A stretch of 64,000 nucleotides of DNA, taken from Octopus vulgaris. Its lineage: Eukaryota. Position numbers and translations under genes: made by a program. Positions 40,821 to 54,474 of the stretch are shown piece by piece. The number at the start of each line of letters is the position of its first letter. The first letter of the stretch is position 1. Below the pieces are notes generated by a model, which was not told the DNA's origin, searched no databases, and worked only from the letters and a program-made list of their open reading frames with translations. The stretch is from contig OX597817.1 in NCBI GenBank assembly GCA_951406725.2, positions 68,510,001 to 68,574,000 on the forward strand, in the 5' to 3' direction.

Positions 40821-41918
40821 ATATAAAACTTCTGCCGAGGTCATTTTAGGGTCGATAAAATAGGTAACAGCTGAGCACTAGAGTAGAAGTAATTGATTCC
40901 TCCATTTCCTTAAAATTGCTGGCATTGAGCCAAAAATTAGTAAGAGTATTGCATATGAAGGATATTTTTGCCGCTATTTCTTGCATGTTGTGCAACAGTA
41001 CAGGCGCTGTCTCGTTGGATCGTTGGACTGTGGATTATATTTTAGGTATTTAACATAAATCTCTTTACTTCTATTTTTAATAGCATTAGTTAACCTTAAG
41101 TTCTGCAATGTTTTCTTTCGATGAATAAAAAAGAGATTTCGAAAAAAGAAAATATCACATAATCTTTAAAAACTCTAAGAACATATTTTCACTTAGAATA
41201 TGAAATTCAAAGAAAATATTTTCTTTTAGAATATAAAATTTTCACAACATATTTTCTCTAGAAAAAAATATCTGTGAAATGACTGTGAACCATTTTGACA
41301 CTAACATCATTTATAGAAATAGGAATATCGATCTTAATAATGAAACAGCGAGGTTTTCCGAATGCTCATATGATCGATTCCTTATATAAGCTCAAAGCCA
41401 CAAAAATTTTGAGAGGGTATAAAATTTCACTGACCACGAATGGATAATAAGCAAAATTAACATCATTTCGACAAAATTCCTATTTCAGAGTGTGATTCAA
41501 CCGGAAGCAAAACCTATAGATAGAAATTAAGAAACGGACGTGGAAGAAAAATGTACTAAGAACTCAGAAGTTGAGTATCACGCCTCCTTCAGTTGTATAA
41601 CTATATATACTAACCTCACATCATGTATAAGTTAATTCTATATCTTCAACAGAAGACAGCCAGTTCTTACAAACAATTCAACTGCAATTGTTTGTTAATT
41701 TTAAAGAATACTATTACATTTAATAGTATGCTTTCGTATTCTAAGATTGTGTGTGTGCATGTGTGTACATATGTAAATAAATATGTGTGTATATATGTAT
41801 ATATATATATACGTACATATATATGTATATATGTGTATATATGTGTACATATATGTATGTATATATGTGTATTTATATATATATTCATATATACATGTAT
41901 GAATATATACGTATATGA

Positions 41919-41960
<42 letters not shown>

Positions 41961-42639
41961 AAGATAAAAAGAAATGAAAACCCCTATTCCGAACTAATGA
42001 GAAATCTATGATTATTGGTGTACATGTTTATATAATTAACTACCTCCGCAGCAGTCTTAGAAGCTGGGCTTCACAATATCAGAAAGAACACGGGTAATTA
42101 AGAAATTATAATTATAAACCAATAATTAGCCTATAATGAATACATAATACAATCAAGTTTAACCTATCGTAGGTACATATACAGACGTGTACTCATACAA
42201 ACCTACGGACATTTCAACACAACAATATCAAAATATAGAGAAAAGCTTGCAATGATATGCATGTATACATACGTAAATAGATTCATGCATGCATGCACAT
42301 GTACATACGCGTGCAGATGCATGAATGTATGGCCACTAACTTATCTAGAATTTATATGAAAGAACCTTTTTGGATTGGAAACCGCCTCTTTCTCGACTGT
42401 TAAGAAACTTTTAAAAAATATAACCAGGAGAACGGACAAAGGTATGTATACCAGCAAAACAAATACACACATACAGACGTACATTTTCTTACTCATACAC
42501 ACACACAAATTTAGTAATTAAATAAAGAACTACCAAATTTAGAATGCGAACGAGAATTTACAAAATCTAACCAGTCTAGAAGCAGCTCTGGAGATTTGAA
42601 GCTATTAAACTTATTGTTCTAAAAGTGAATACAATCCTT

Positions 42640-43042
<403 letters not shown>

Positions 43043-43292
43043 ATTTCTTATATTTGTACAAGACCAGAAATATTTTTGTATGAGAATGATTTTATTAGGA
43101 GGGTGATTGCAGAGACCAAGCAGATGATGATTGTTGTGATAATGATGACAATGCCGAAAGCCAATCGTCAACAACATGATAATGAACAAACATATATGCA
43201 TATATACATATATGTATATGTATATATATATAAGTGTATATGTATGTATATGTATATGTGCGTTTATATATATATGTATGTACATATGTATC

Positions 43293-43363
<71 letters not shown>

Positions 43364-44103
43364 AAATATATCGATGTATGTATATGTGTATATATATATG
43401 TATATATATGTTTATATATATATATATGTATATGTGTATACATATGTATATATATGCAGATAGATACATATATATATACAAACATACATACATATATATA
43501 CACACACATACATGTATATGAATAACAACATTTTTAATAGCATTAAACAAACCAAGCAAAAACAGAAAAACTTCTCATAACTACAGAAAATATTTTCATA
43601 ATGATAATGATAAAAATACTAACAACAACAGTAATAATAAACACAAATTTACACATAACACATCCACATATATACGACTATTAAGAGTAAAATGTACATA
43701 ACATTTGCAAATACATTCAATTTTTCACAAAATATATTTTTAAGTGAATTTTTATATATGTGAGTGTGACTATGTGCATGAGTGTATATTTATGCATATA
43801 TATAAACATGTATGTAAATAAATGTATAAATGTGTACCTGTTTATATTAATGAAGAAGGACACACAGACACACACATATACATATATATATATGTATATA
43901 TGTATATAACATGCGTATATATGAATGTCGTGTGTATATATATATACACACACGAGATTCATGTGTATATATTTATACTATATATATGAATTTCTTTATA
44001 TACATATATATATATATATTTATACCAAAATATACAACATATACACATATATATATTTATTCATATTATATATCATATATATATCTACACACACATGTAT
44101 AGT

Positions 44104-44173
<70 letters not shown>

Positions 44174-44819
44174 ACGCACACGCATACATAGATATAACAT
44201 ATTTTTATTCATATACTCTGAAACACACACACATACGTATTACTTCGGTAAAACATACACCATAAATATAACAAAAAAAAAAAGGGACTATAATGCAATT
44301 AAACTCCTCTAACAGAATGTTACGTTAGTGGATTTATAACAAATATTTTAAAATTTTGTTGTTATTAACTTCATTATTATACAAAAATATATAGAAAGGA
44401 AGCATATATTTCTAAATTTGATTGTAATGGAAAATACAAGCGAGAGTAATAAAGAAGAAATGAAGGACATTTACTATACAATACATCAGATGATCTCACC
44501 TCACAGTTTAATAGTTTCTGTTAATTTTCTTAAACCTAAATGTGTATTTAGATGTAAGCGACTAATGTAATTGGCAGCAACGGCCTACCACCCAAGCATG
44601 TTCGAGTTTCACATTATTCATAACAAATACAAGCACGCACGCACGTACGCGCGCATACACACGCATATGTGTGAGTGTGCGTGTATACAAATATACATGT
44701 ACAATATGTGTATGCATATATACAAACATATATATATATATATATATATATGTATGTCTGTATATATATATATATATACACATATGCAAACATACGCATA
44801 TATATACATGCATGCATAC

Positions 44820-45872
44820 AGGCAGTACCTTCTAAACAGCAGCTGCAAAAATAAATATATTAACGCAGTACTGAAAGCAAAGGGAGCAACATTGTATGAG
44901 TTAACAGTGAGCTCTTCAGGAATCATTCTCTTCCTGTTGATCTCCTCTACAGCCCCAAAAAAGCTGGGCTCTCAGAGAAGACCTGGATGGAAAGCACTCT
45001 GCGTACGAAAAAAAAAAGACTATGCATGGGTATGTTGCCCGGAAACTTGAAGAAGACCGTAGAATTGACACGAAACGCAGCCTCTCTTGGACACAAGATT
45101 ACTATATTACATCACACTTTGAGGGCTATGCGTTTCCAATTCAGGAACAGGTGATTCCCACAAAGTACCTGGTGAACAAGAGAGACAGTGACGCTATTAT
45201 GACCCCAAGGTGCAACCGCATGTGTAGGCTATGTCATGTTTCTGTGGAAGACATCAAGCATATGATTAGCAGCTGTCCTAAAATTTCACAGTACTACCTC
45301 CCTATGCGGAACGATGTTGTTGCTAAGACAATTTGCAATGCTATCCGCAAAAAAAAAAAGACTGTCCTGAAATAAACTTAGAAAATCCCTCTGTTATGGA
45401 ATACATTCATAAACACCAACTCAAGGAATACTGGTGGAATATTCCCATCAAAACTTCTGTCAAATGTAAACATAACAGACCAGATATTGTTGTTTGGGAC
45501 AGAGGGGCAAAGGTATGTACCATCATAGAGGTCAGCTGCCCCGCATATATAAATATCTCTTTGAAAATCAAAGATATAGAACCTCCAGCTTCTATATCCA
45601 GACTATGAATTCATATTCATACCAATAATATTTGGAGCACTAGGTTTTGTTAGTAAAATGCTTAAAGGAGAATCTGGATAAATTGAGATTTTCAGAAACA
45701 GAAATAGACCGGCTAATTCATACATTACAAGTGCAATCTGTGAGTGGAAGAGTAAAAATATGCAAGACTTCTCTCAAGTTCCAAATGTGAATTTGTCTGT
45801 GTTAACTACATCCCAAAGATGGAGCCTTGTATCTTTGTTGAAAATCGGCTCTCTCCTAAGTGCAAGACTTAT
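44820..45872 (+). mobile_element. R4-clade RLE LINE 3' half
   Basis: MHGYV..ITSHFEGYAFPIQEQ; CRLC..EDIKHMISSC zinc knuckle; RND (RHD-like); HNRPDIVVWD..IIEVSCP; IIFGALG. Ends in (TA)n. Confidence 0.85.
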
Positions 45873-45873
45873 A

Positions 45874-45923
<50 letters not shown>

Positions 45924-47274
45924 ACGAGAGAGCCATAACTCTTGAAATATGCACATACACCCACTATCTGTTTTCTATCTCCGATCGCAGTGTTTGCATC
46001 GATGTAATCGTATACGAAAGGTTGTAATTTTTAGAGCTAGCTCTGAATTCTAGAGGAAATCAATAGTTAAAATAGGTAAAATATAATCCAAATAAAAAGG
46101 CAAAGTGAGATTATAACAAATCATTAATGATCAGTTACATTTGTTTCTGTATCAACTCTTTCAACGCCAGTTCATACCAAAGTTCAAAGTGGAAATTTAT
46201 GTAATACTTGAAGTTTTAAACATTAGATTGACACTTCCTCAGGCCTGCATGAAAGGTGCGATCTCACATCGTGCGTCTGCCAGACTTTTTTTGTTGCATA
46301 TATCAAGTGGAAAGAAAAAGTAAATAAATATGAAAATGAAAATAGAATGTGCCAGAGTTGGTACAGAGAGAATTGTATCTGATTGTTAAAGATATTAAAA
46401 TCTCTTTTTGTCTTCTATTTGAACTGTGTGTGTGTGTGTATGCGTGTGTTCGTATTGCATCATACATATCACAAACAGCAAGACGAAAAGTAATCAATAC
46501 GTATTAATACATATTACTGAGTATATATATATTGTACGAAGCTTGTACTTAGTGTGTAGCTACTTGGATTTTCATATAATGCACGTTTCTTCAGGCAGTT
46601 TTATGTGTGTCGAGATAAAAGCTTTGAAAAGTTTTGCAAAACCACGTTAAATTGAAATAATCAATAAAACGAATACACTATAGCGCCATCTGTCTGTCAT
46701 TGATGCTTCGTTTATCGCTCCTCCAAGTTTCTTAAAGTTTTTGGTGATTGATAGACACGTATGAGTAAATCTTCAAAATTTTGATCATATTCTTCTTACC
46801 ACTCCATTAATAAGTTACCCTAAGCATTACACTGTTCGTTTGTCATTGCTCTTACTTGGATCAAGTACCACACAAATTAGTGGTAAAGTCCTACCATTCC
46901 ATATAGAAAGTAAAGTCCTACCATTCCATATAGAAAGAGCTATATAATGAACATTACATGACCTTTTAACGAAAATTTTATTTTGTGGATTGTTAGTTTG
47001 CTCATAGTTTTCCAGCAAATTCTTCATTTTAATAGCTCCGCTTCGATGACTATAATGATTTATGATGTATCACAATTACTGGTTTTAGTATATCTCGCCG
47101 CAGTCAAATAACTGCCACAATTACAAGGTTTAAAACGGTTAAAAAGTACTATGTATTTCTGTACCATATCTGAACCATATATTTAATTTAACGCATCTTT
47201 ACCATATTTTCATAGTTACTTTACAGTATTTAAGTGATTATAAATATATTTGTTTCATCTTTTACCCATACTTA

Positions 47275-47650
47275 TTTCAGTCATTAATTGCGGCCATGCT
47301 GGGGCACCGCCTTGAAGAATTTTAGTCGAATGTATCGACTCCAATACGTACTTTTAAAAAGCTTGTTACGTATTCTATTGGTCTTATTTGCCGAACAGCT
47401 AGCTTACGGGGACGTAAACACACCAGCACCGGTTAACGTGAAGGAACAAACTCACGTATGTGCAGGGACAAACTCACACACACGCGCGCGCGCGCGACGG
47501 GCTTGTTTTAGTTTCATTGAACCAAATCCTCCCACAAGGCTTTGATGATCCGAGGCTATAGTAGAAGACACTTGCTCAAGGTGCTACGCAGCAGGATTGA
47601 ATCTCAAGCCACGTGGTTAGTAAGCAAGCTTCTTACCACACAGCCACGTT
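47275..47650 (-). mobile_element. SINE family A
   Basis: Reverse-complement tail and head motifs. Confidence 0.8.
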
Positions 47651-47837
47651 GTTGTTTAAAGTCTTATGATTAAGGGCTACGCATAGCACTTTTCGAGAGC
47701 TCATGGGGGTGGTGGAAATTATCTTCACGTCAGAAACATAGCTCTTATGCTTGCACAAGAATGTACTCCATTAAATAAACCCCAAATAAAGGTGGTGGTG
47801 TTGAATCAGAATCCGATGACGGATTATGCCTCAATAT

Positions 47838-47973
47838 AGGCGCAGGCTTGGGGGAATGTTTTCGAAGCTCGCTTTGCAACCATAGCTTTGTAACTATAGC
47901 TCGCTGTCCCCTCCCCAATGCCTTGTGAGTGAATTTGGTAGATGGAAACTGAAAGAAGTCTGTCATAGTTATA

Positions 47974-47975
<2 letters not shown>
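47838..47975 (+). mobile_element. SINE A head, degenerate; its (AT)n hosts the next three elements
   Basis: ggcgcagg...ccttgtgagtgaatttggtagatggaaactgaaagaag. Confidence 0.7.
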
Positions 47976-48009
<34 letters not shown>

Positions 48010-48015
<6 letters not shown>

Positions 48016-48632
48016 GTAATGAGGTACTCAAAAATTCGGATGGTTTTATATTTACAGATATTTATTTGTATATTACATGTTTTTATACATCATATATCAG
48101 ATATCATATAATTGCGCTTTCGTCCATTCTAGTGGAGTTTTCAAATTGAACTAACAATGATAAAAAAGGAATCCAGACAATTTTTTGAAAAGTGACATTT
48201 TTCCCCCCTTGGAGTAAACATCCTGACCAGCTACAAAGAGACTAGCAAAACAATTTTTCTTCTTTCTCTCCCGTTTCTTCCTTTCCTTCTTTTTCTTTAA
48301 CACCTCTTTTAGATACAAAAACACACACATGCACACACAAATGCTCTCTCCCACTTTCTCCCCATTCATCATCCTCTTGTACTATCTTATATCCCTCCCC
48401 ACCACTACACACTCAATAACACTATAAAAAAGGTCAAATTTTCCCAAGAACTTAGTTCAATTTGAAAATTCCATTAGAATGGACGAAAGCGGTATATATG
48501 ATATATGATATATGATTTATGATGTATAAAAATATGTAATATACAAATAAATATCTGTAAATATAAAACCATCCGAATTTCTGAGTACCTCACTACTTCT
48601 AATATAAAATACCTGTACATCATCTCCAAACC

Positions 48633-48638
<6 letters not shown>
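48010..48638 (+). mobile_element. Fold-back element with ~145-bp inverted arms and a short 3' extension (PLE-like)
   Basis: IR 48010-48154 / 48452-48602, extension to 48638, (AT)n on both sides; hammerhead-like motif in each arm. Confidence 0.65.
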
Positions 48639-48672
<34 letters not shown>

Positions 48673-50305
48673 CAGTTGTGGCCAAAATATTCAGAACGGC
48701 ATTGTTTTCACCAGAAAAGTAAGTATAAGTTTTTATAAAAGTTATTTTATATTCTATAATTTTCACAAACAATAAATACAATATTAATTATTATTGTCTG
48801 AGATTTTGGTGTAATTTGAGAGGATAATACAAAAGTTATGGATGATTTAGTGATTTACTGCAAAACCCATGGCGGCCAAAATGATCAGAACGGTTGAAAA
48901 AATAACAAAATAATCAAAAATGACAGAGAATACTGGAATTATTTAATATTTAGTGTGAAGCCCTTTAGCTTCAATCACACTTTGACATCTTCGACTGCAT
49001 GAGGAAATTAAATTTTCAATTTCTTGCTAGGTGATCTTATTCCATTCTTCCTGAAGGGCATGCATTCCATAATTGGTCGGTTGTTTTAGGATTTCTGGCT
49101 TTCGAACGTTCTCCTAGAATATTCCACACATTTTCAATAGGATTGAGATATAGGCTTTGAGCCGGCCAATCCATAATAATAACCTTTTCAGCCTTGAGGA
49201 AGTTCATGACCACCTTAGCCTTGTGACATGGGGTATTGTCCTGCATGAATATGGGTGGTCGCTTAGTTGAATTTCTCAGCACAGGCAAGACATGATCTTT
49301 TACAAGTTGTTTATAAACTCCTGCATTTACCTTTCCATGTAATCGCACCAAAGGGCCCACACCATCTCCAGATATCATCCCCCAAATCATGACACTTCCT
49401 CTACCGAATTTAACACTAGTCTTAAGGCATTTAGGCGACAATTTTTCACCTACTTTTCAATGAACGTACCTTTTCCCATCTGAGCCAAATAACATAAACT
49501 TAGATTCATCACTGAAATGCACTGTTTGCCATTTTTCTTGAGACCACAACACATGTTCGGTTGCAAAGGTAAAACGACACTTTTTATTTTTGGAGCTGAT
49601 CAGTGGCTTCACTGCTGGTGATCTTGCTTGTAGGTTATGTTCAACTAAACGATGAGACAAGTTTTTCGAGATAACGTTTTCTTCAGTACAATGCTCATTT
49701 CCCGAGAAACAGCAGCAGCAGTTTTAAATCTGTCCTTTTTAACCAACTTTACCATAGCACGATCTTCTCTCTTGGTCGTTTTTCTTGGCCTATCTGTAGA
49801 CTTTCTTGCTTCACACGAACCACAATCATCGAAGACCTTAAGAATACCGTGAACAACACTTTTTGACTTGTTAACAATCTTTGCAATAGACCCAATACTT
49901 AAATTATCCTTCTTTGGAAGCTTAATAATCTGCTGACGAATTGATAACGGAGTAAGTGGCATTATATTAACAAAGTACACTGCAGATATTCTTACTAATG
50001 TTTAGTAAACGAACCGTCACGTAAACAAATTCAAAACATTAGAGTTCGCCGGTTAAATATACTAAAACATGTAGTAAAAGCAACCGTTCTGATAATTTTG
50101 GCCGCCATGGGTTTTGCAGTAAATCACTAAATCATCCATAACTTTTGTATTATCCTCTCAAATTACACTTAAATCGCAGACAATAACAATTAATATTGTA
50201 TTTATTGTCTGTGAAAATTATAGAATTATAAAACAACTTTGATAAAAACTTATACTTACTTTTCTGGTGAAAACAATGCCATTCTGAACATTTTGGCCGC
50301 AACTG
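48673..50305 (-). mobile_element. Full-length Tc1-family DNA transposon, IR/DR type
   Basis: TA|cagttg ... caactg|TA. ~224-bp TIRs (48673-48896, 50081-50305), each with outer and inner direct repeats ggccaaaat..tcagaa.gg. Confidence 0.95.
48943..49962 (-). pseudogene. Tc1 DD34E transposase, disrupted
   Basis: HTH region with (G)RPRK; FSDESKF; MQDN..H; 34 residues; NPIEN; ends GLHTKY*. Frameshift near 49650, stop at ~49457, frameshift near 49050. Confidence 0.92.
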
Positions 50306-50901
50306 TATATGAGTATAATTTGAATGGAGGCAATACGAACGGAAATTCTAGGGGAACATGACCTATTATCCAGCAGAATATTCAGTATATATGTGTACTT
50401 TCTTCGACATTAATAAAGCAATATATAGTTCGAAACAATAGTGGTAGTAAAAACATACAAGAATATAAACATATAAATATTTAAAAACACGCACATATTT
50501 AAAAACACGTAGGCATTTTAAAAATATATAAACACATAAGTAGATACATAAATAGATATAAAAAAAACATCGATATGATATAAGACATAGTGAATTATAA
50601 ATTCACACGATATGATACAAAGGAATAAAAATTGACAAGTTACAACAGAAGCATATGAAATATTTAAAAACACGTAGGTATTTAAAAATATTTAAAAATA
50701 TTTATAAATACGTAGGCATTTTAAAAATAGAAAACATCGATATTATATAAAACATAGTGAATTATTAATTCACACGATATGATACAAAGGAATAAAAAAA
50801 ATACAAGTTACAACACGAAGGCCAGTGGAAAGTTTGAAATTATAAAACATTAAAAGGATATACTAAAATACGAAGATAATGTTCAATGGATCCAAAAGTT
50901 T

Positions 50902-50988
50902 CATCGACGGGTCGTTTCGGAGATGTGTCAGATAATATGACATAAATTTCATACTTTAAAGGAAACAGACACTCCCCTCATCAGGATG
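50902..50988 (-). ncRNA. Type I hammerhead ribozyme, intact core
   Basis: cauc-CUGAUGA-ggggaguguc...gacacaucucc-GAAA-cg acc c-GUC|gaug: 4-bp stem I, long stem II, short stem III. Confidence 0.8.
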
Positions 50989-51116
50989 TTCCACAACACC
51001 AAAGACACAGTGAAAACAACATAGAAAAGGACAACTTACATCATTACATTCTAGCCAATTCGAAAAAATCTTTTTGACATTACACTGATCTCCTTTATAT
51101 AACAGTTATGAATATA

Positions 51117-51503
51117 GGCGCAGGAGTGGCTGTGTGGTAAGTAGCTTGCTTACTAACCACATGGTTCCAGATTCAGTCCCACTGCATGGCACCTTGGGAA
51201 ACTGTCTTCTACTATAGTCTCGGGCCGACCGAAGCCTTGTGAGTGGATTTGGTAGACGGAAACTGAAAGAAGCCCGTCGTATATATGTATATATATATGT
51301 GTGCGTTTGTGTGTCTGTGTTTGTCCTCCTAACATGCTGGTGTGTTTACGTCCCCGTAACTTAGCGGCTCGGCAAAAGAGACCGATGGAATAAGTACTAG
51401 CCTCACAAAGAATAAGTCCTGGGGGTCGATTTGCTCGACTAAAGGCGGTGCTCCAGCACGGCCACAGTCAAATTACTGAAACAAGTAAAAGAGAAAAGAG
51501 TAA
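51117..51503 (+). mobile_element. SINE family A, full length
   Basis: High similarity to 808-1230; short gaatat direct repeat on both sides. Confidence 0.9.
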
Positions 51504-51726
51504 AGAATATCAACTCATTAGCATAACCTAGTATCTTTATTAATGTCGAAGAAAGTACACATATATACTGAATGGTCTGCTGGATAATAGGTCATGTTCC
51601 CCTAGTTTCCCGTTCGCATTGCCTCCATTCAAATTATAGATTGGAAGATAGCTCAATTTGAGCACTTCGATTCTAGCCTCTTTCTGAGTATTGTTAATGT
51701 TAACAATCTCTTTATAAAATGGTATA

Positions 51727-51792
<66 letters not shown>

Positions 51793-51992
51793 CTTCCGAA
51801 ACACATGGTTCTGCATTCAGTCCCACTGTGTGGCACCTTGGACAAATGTTTTCTACTATAGCATCGGGCCAACCAAAGCCTTGTGAGTGGATTTGGTAAA
51901 CAGGGACTGAAAGGAGCACCTCTTATGTCCGTCTGTCTCTTTATCTGTCTGTCTGTGTATCTCTGTGTCTGTCTGTCTCTCTCTCTCTCTCT

Positions 51993-52040
<48 letters not shown>

Positions 52041-52374
52041 ATATATATATATATACAAATAACGACTGAAACTGAATTAGAACATGTGACGTCATCGTTT
52101 TGCCAGTATGATAAAATAGATTTTTCCCCATTACCACCACCACATGCACCACCATCATCATCATTATTAATACAAGGACTGCGACGTGCCTAATCGGTTG
52201 AGCAACAAGCAAAATGGTTTGTAGTATTTAGGGACATCCAGTGATATTCTAAGTTCACCTCCAGTCACTAAACTTCGGCTTCCATCTACACTGAGTCGTT
52301 AATATAAGACTTGGGTCAATTTTTATCAGCTGTTTTCTGTGCGCAAATGTAGGCCATTGCGTTAATACAAAGAA

Positions 52375-52422
<48 letters not shown>

Positions 52423-52980
52423 GAGTGAGAGAGCAGTTCATGCCATCAAAGTGACACTGGGGTAAAATATACGAAGCCCAATATACCCATCATGACTACC
52501 CGTCTGATAAAGGTACACCAGGCACATGCATCACAACCATATGTGCGCGACATGGTGATCTCATATCAAGATAAACAGCACATGACCTTGCAGGTGGGGC
52601 CCAGTTAGAATTTTCTTCAGGTTGAGTAGCCCATCCCGCTCAAACGGTCCCTGAATAAGGGTTGTTTAAGGATGTTGAAAGAACCACCCATGTTTCCAGA
52701 GGTGAACTATTCAAACCCCAAAGAATCCCTCTCAACACATGGCTATGATGCTCCCCCACTACTTCTGCTCGTGATCAGAGATGCACATATCGTCAGCCAC
52801 TAAGGGACATGCTCAACTGGTTAAGGTCAAACAACTGACAAACAAATCTGTGGTATTGAGCAGAATATTTGCTGTAGCCCATCTTTTATACCAAGACAAA
52901 ACAATGTACATGATAACACTTCCAATCAGTTAAGATCAGAAGCCATGAGAGCCACTGCCTGGTACTGCATCAGGGCATTT
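52423..52980 (-). mobile_element. ~560-bp non-coding retro-element embedded in (ATT)n
   Basis: Sharp boundaries against (ATT)n on both sides; a second fragment at 7700-7875; no ORF or tRNA head recognised. Strand assigned from the (AAT)n tail reading. Confidence 0.6.
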
Positions 52981-53004
52981 ATTATTATTATTATTATTAT
53001 TATT

Positions 53005-54385
53005 GTCCCTGAAAAGTCGGGCAGAGGTGATGAATGCTTACATCGCCTCTGTTATCGTTTATCATCTGACCGTCGCGCCTTGTCCCAGTTACTGCATGAC
53101 CAGGTTGAAGCGTCTCTAATTAAAATTTTCCAATGGTCAGGCGGTCAGTCTCTTGCCAACATCCTCTAAGTAGCGGATTAGGTATGCCGTGGCTCCTAAT
53201 GCGCAGACACGCTCTTAGGTTGCGCCACTTGCAACGATTTCTGGATGGCGAGTGTATATGAGCACCGTTTGTGAGGATCGTCTTTCCACAGTTCATCTTC
53301 ATGATGGAGCTGCAGTTCTGAGTGAAGAAATTACCGAGACTGGGCGCCTGGCACCTAAAATATCGTCAGACGCTCACAACCCTCTACCGGTCGAGCAATG
53401 GGATCGGTGGATGTTCTGCTTTAGAAATTTATAGAGGATTAGTGGCGGGGAAGTGCGATGATGTTCTCGGGGAAACTCTGGGTTCCAACGAGAACAAACT
53501 GGCTAGTCTGTTCCGGAGAACTTTCCGGTCAGGAACTGTCATTGATAATTTCCAGATGTCCTTGGCCTGGCAGTGCTACCGGGGTGGGGGCGCTACCGGT
53601 TCGAGATTAACTCTACAGGCACGGATGTCAGATAAACTCTACAGGCACGGATGTCAGATAAACTCTACAGGCACGGATGTGCTGTCAGACGGACTTATTC
53701 TAGGTGCACGCAGAGTGACGAAACCATTATTCACGCCTTCGTTCAGTTTCCGGGTATTGCTGACTTGTGGGGTTATGTTGAACAGCTGCTGTCAAGTGTG
53801 GGACGGATCCGTCTGTCGGCCGAGTCTATGATAACTTCCCTTAATCGGGCAGGCAAGGCGGTTTTCCTTTGCTTGGTGGCTGTGGCGAAAGAGGTTGTTT
53901 GGTGGACAAGGCTGAAAGGCAAGAGGACAGATATATTCCTCTTTGGTAGAGTTCTCATTGACTTTTTCAAGTTTAACTTGAAAAGGAAATCGGGAGTGGA
54001 GAGGGAAGTAATGTCCTCGAGTGAGTTAATTGAAAGGTGGGTGAAATTTGCGAAAAGGACAAGAGTGTATGGTACCTCTCTAAGTGTCGATCTATGAGTC
54101 GGAAAGAAGGAATTGGAGAGGGCACTTGCTCCTTGAGTTTCAGGAAAATCTCGAACAGTGGGGTTCCTCGATTATCCCTTGGTACCTCCTGTATCAGGAG
54201 GGCCACATCTCTATCATCCTCCTACCATTTTTTAAAATCTTTGTTTGCTATGCATATGTCTCTCCTTTTCAGTGTATACCGTGTATACTTACTTTTTTTT
54301 ATCATTTCATTATATGTAAACACCCACGCATTATGTCTGCCTCTGTACTGTCCCCCTCATTCTTCGCCCTTATGGCAAATAAATC

Positions 54386-54417
<32 letters not shown>
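53005..54417 (+). mobile_element. Tx1-clade LINE, 5'-truncated, inserted in (ATT)n
   Basis: Homologous to 30700-32000 (GMPWL, DNFQxSLAWQCYR, SDETIIHAFVQ, KEVVWWTR). (ATC)n tail at 54386-54417. Confidence 0.85.
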
Positions 54418-54418
<1 letters not shown>

Positions 54419-54419
54419 C

Positions 54420-54474
<55 letters not shown>

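Larger units (their letters stand above)
50314..51730. mobile_element. Penelope-like non-coding element bounded by ~105-bp inverted arms
   Basis: IR 50314-50418 / 51535-51638 plus a right extension; internal A-rich direct repeats (~50496-50647 vs ~50697-50815); intact hammerhead; a SINE A inserted at 51117. Confidence 0.7.
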
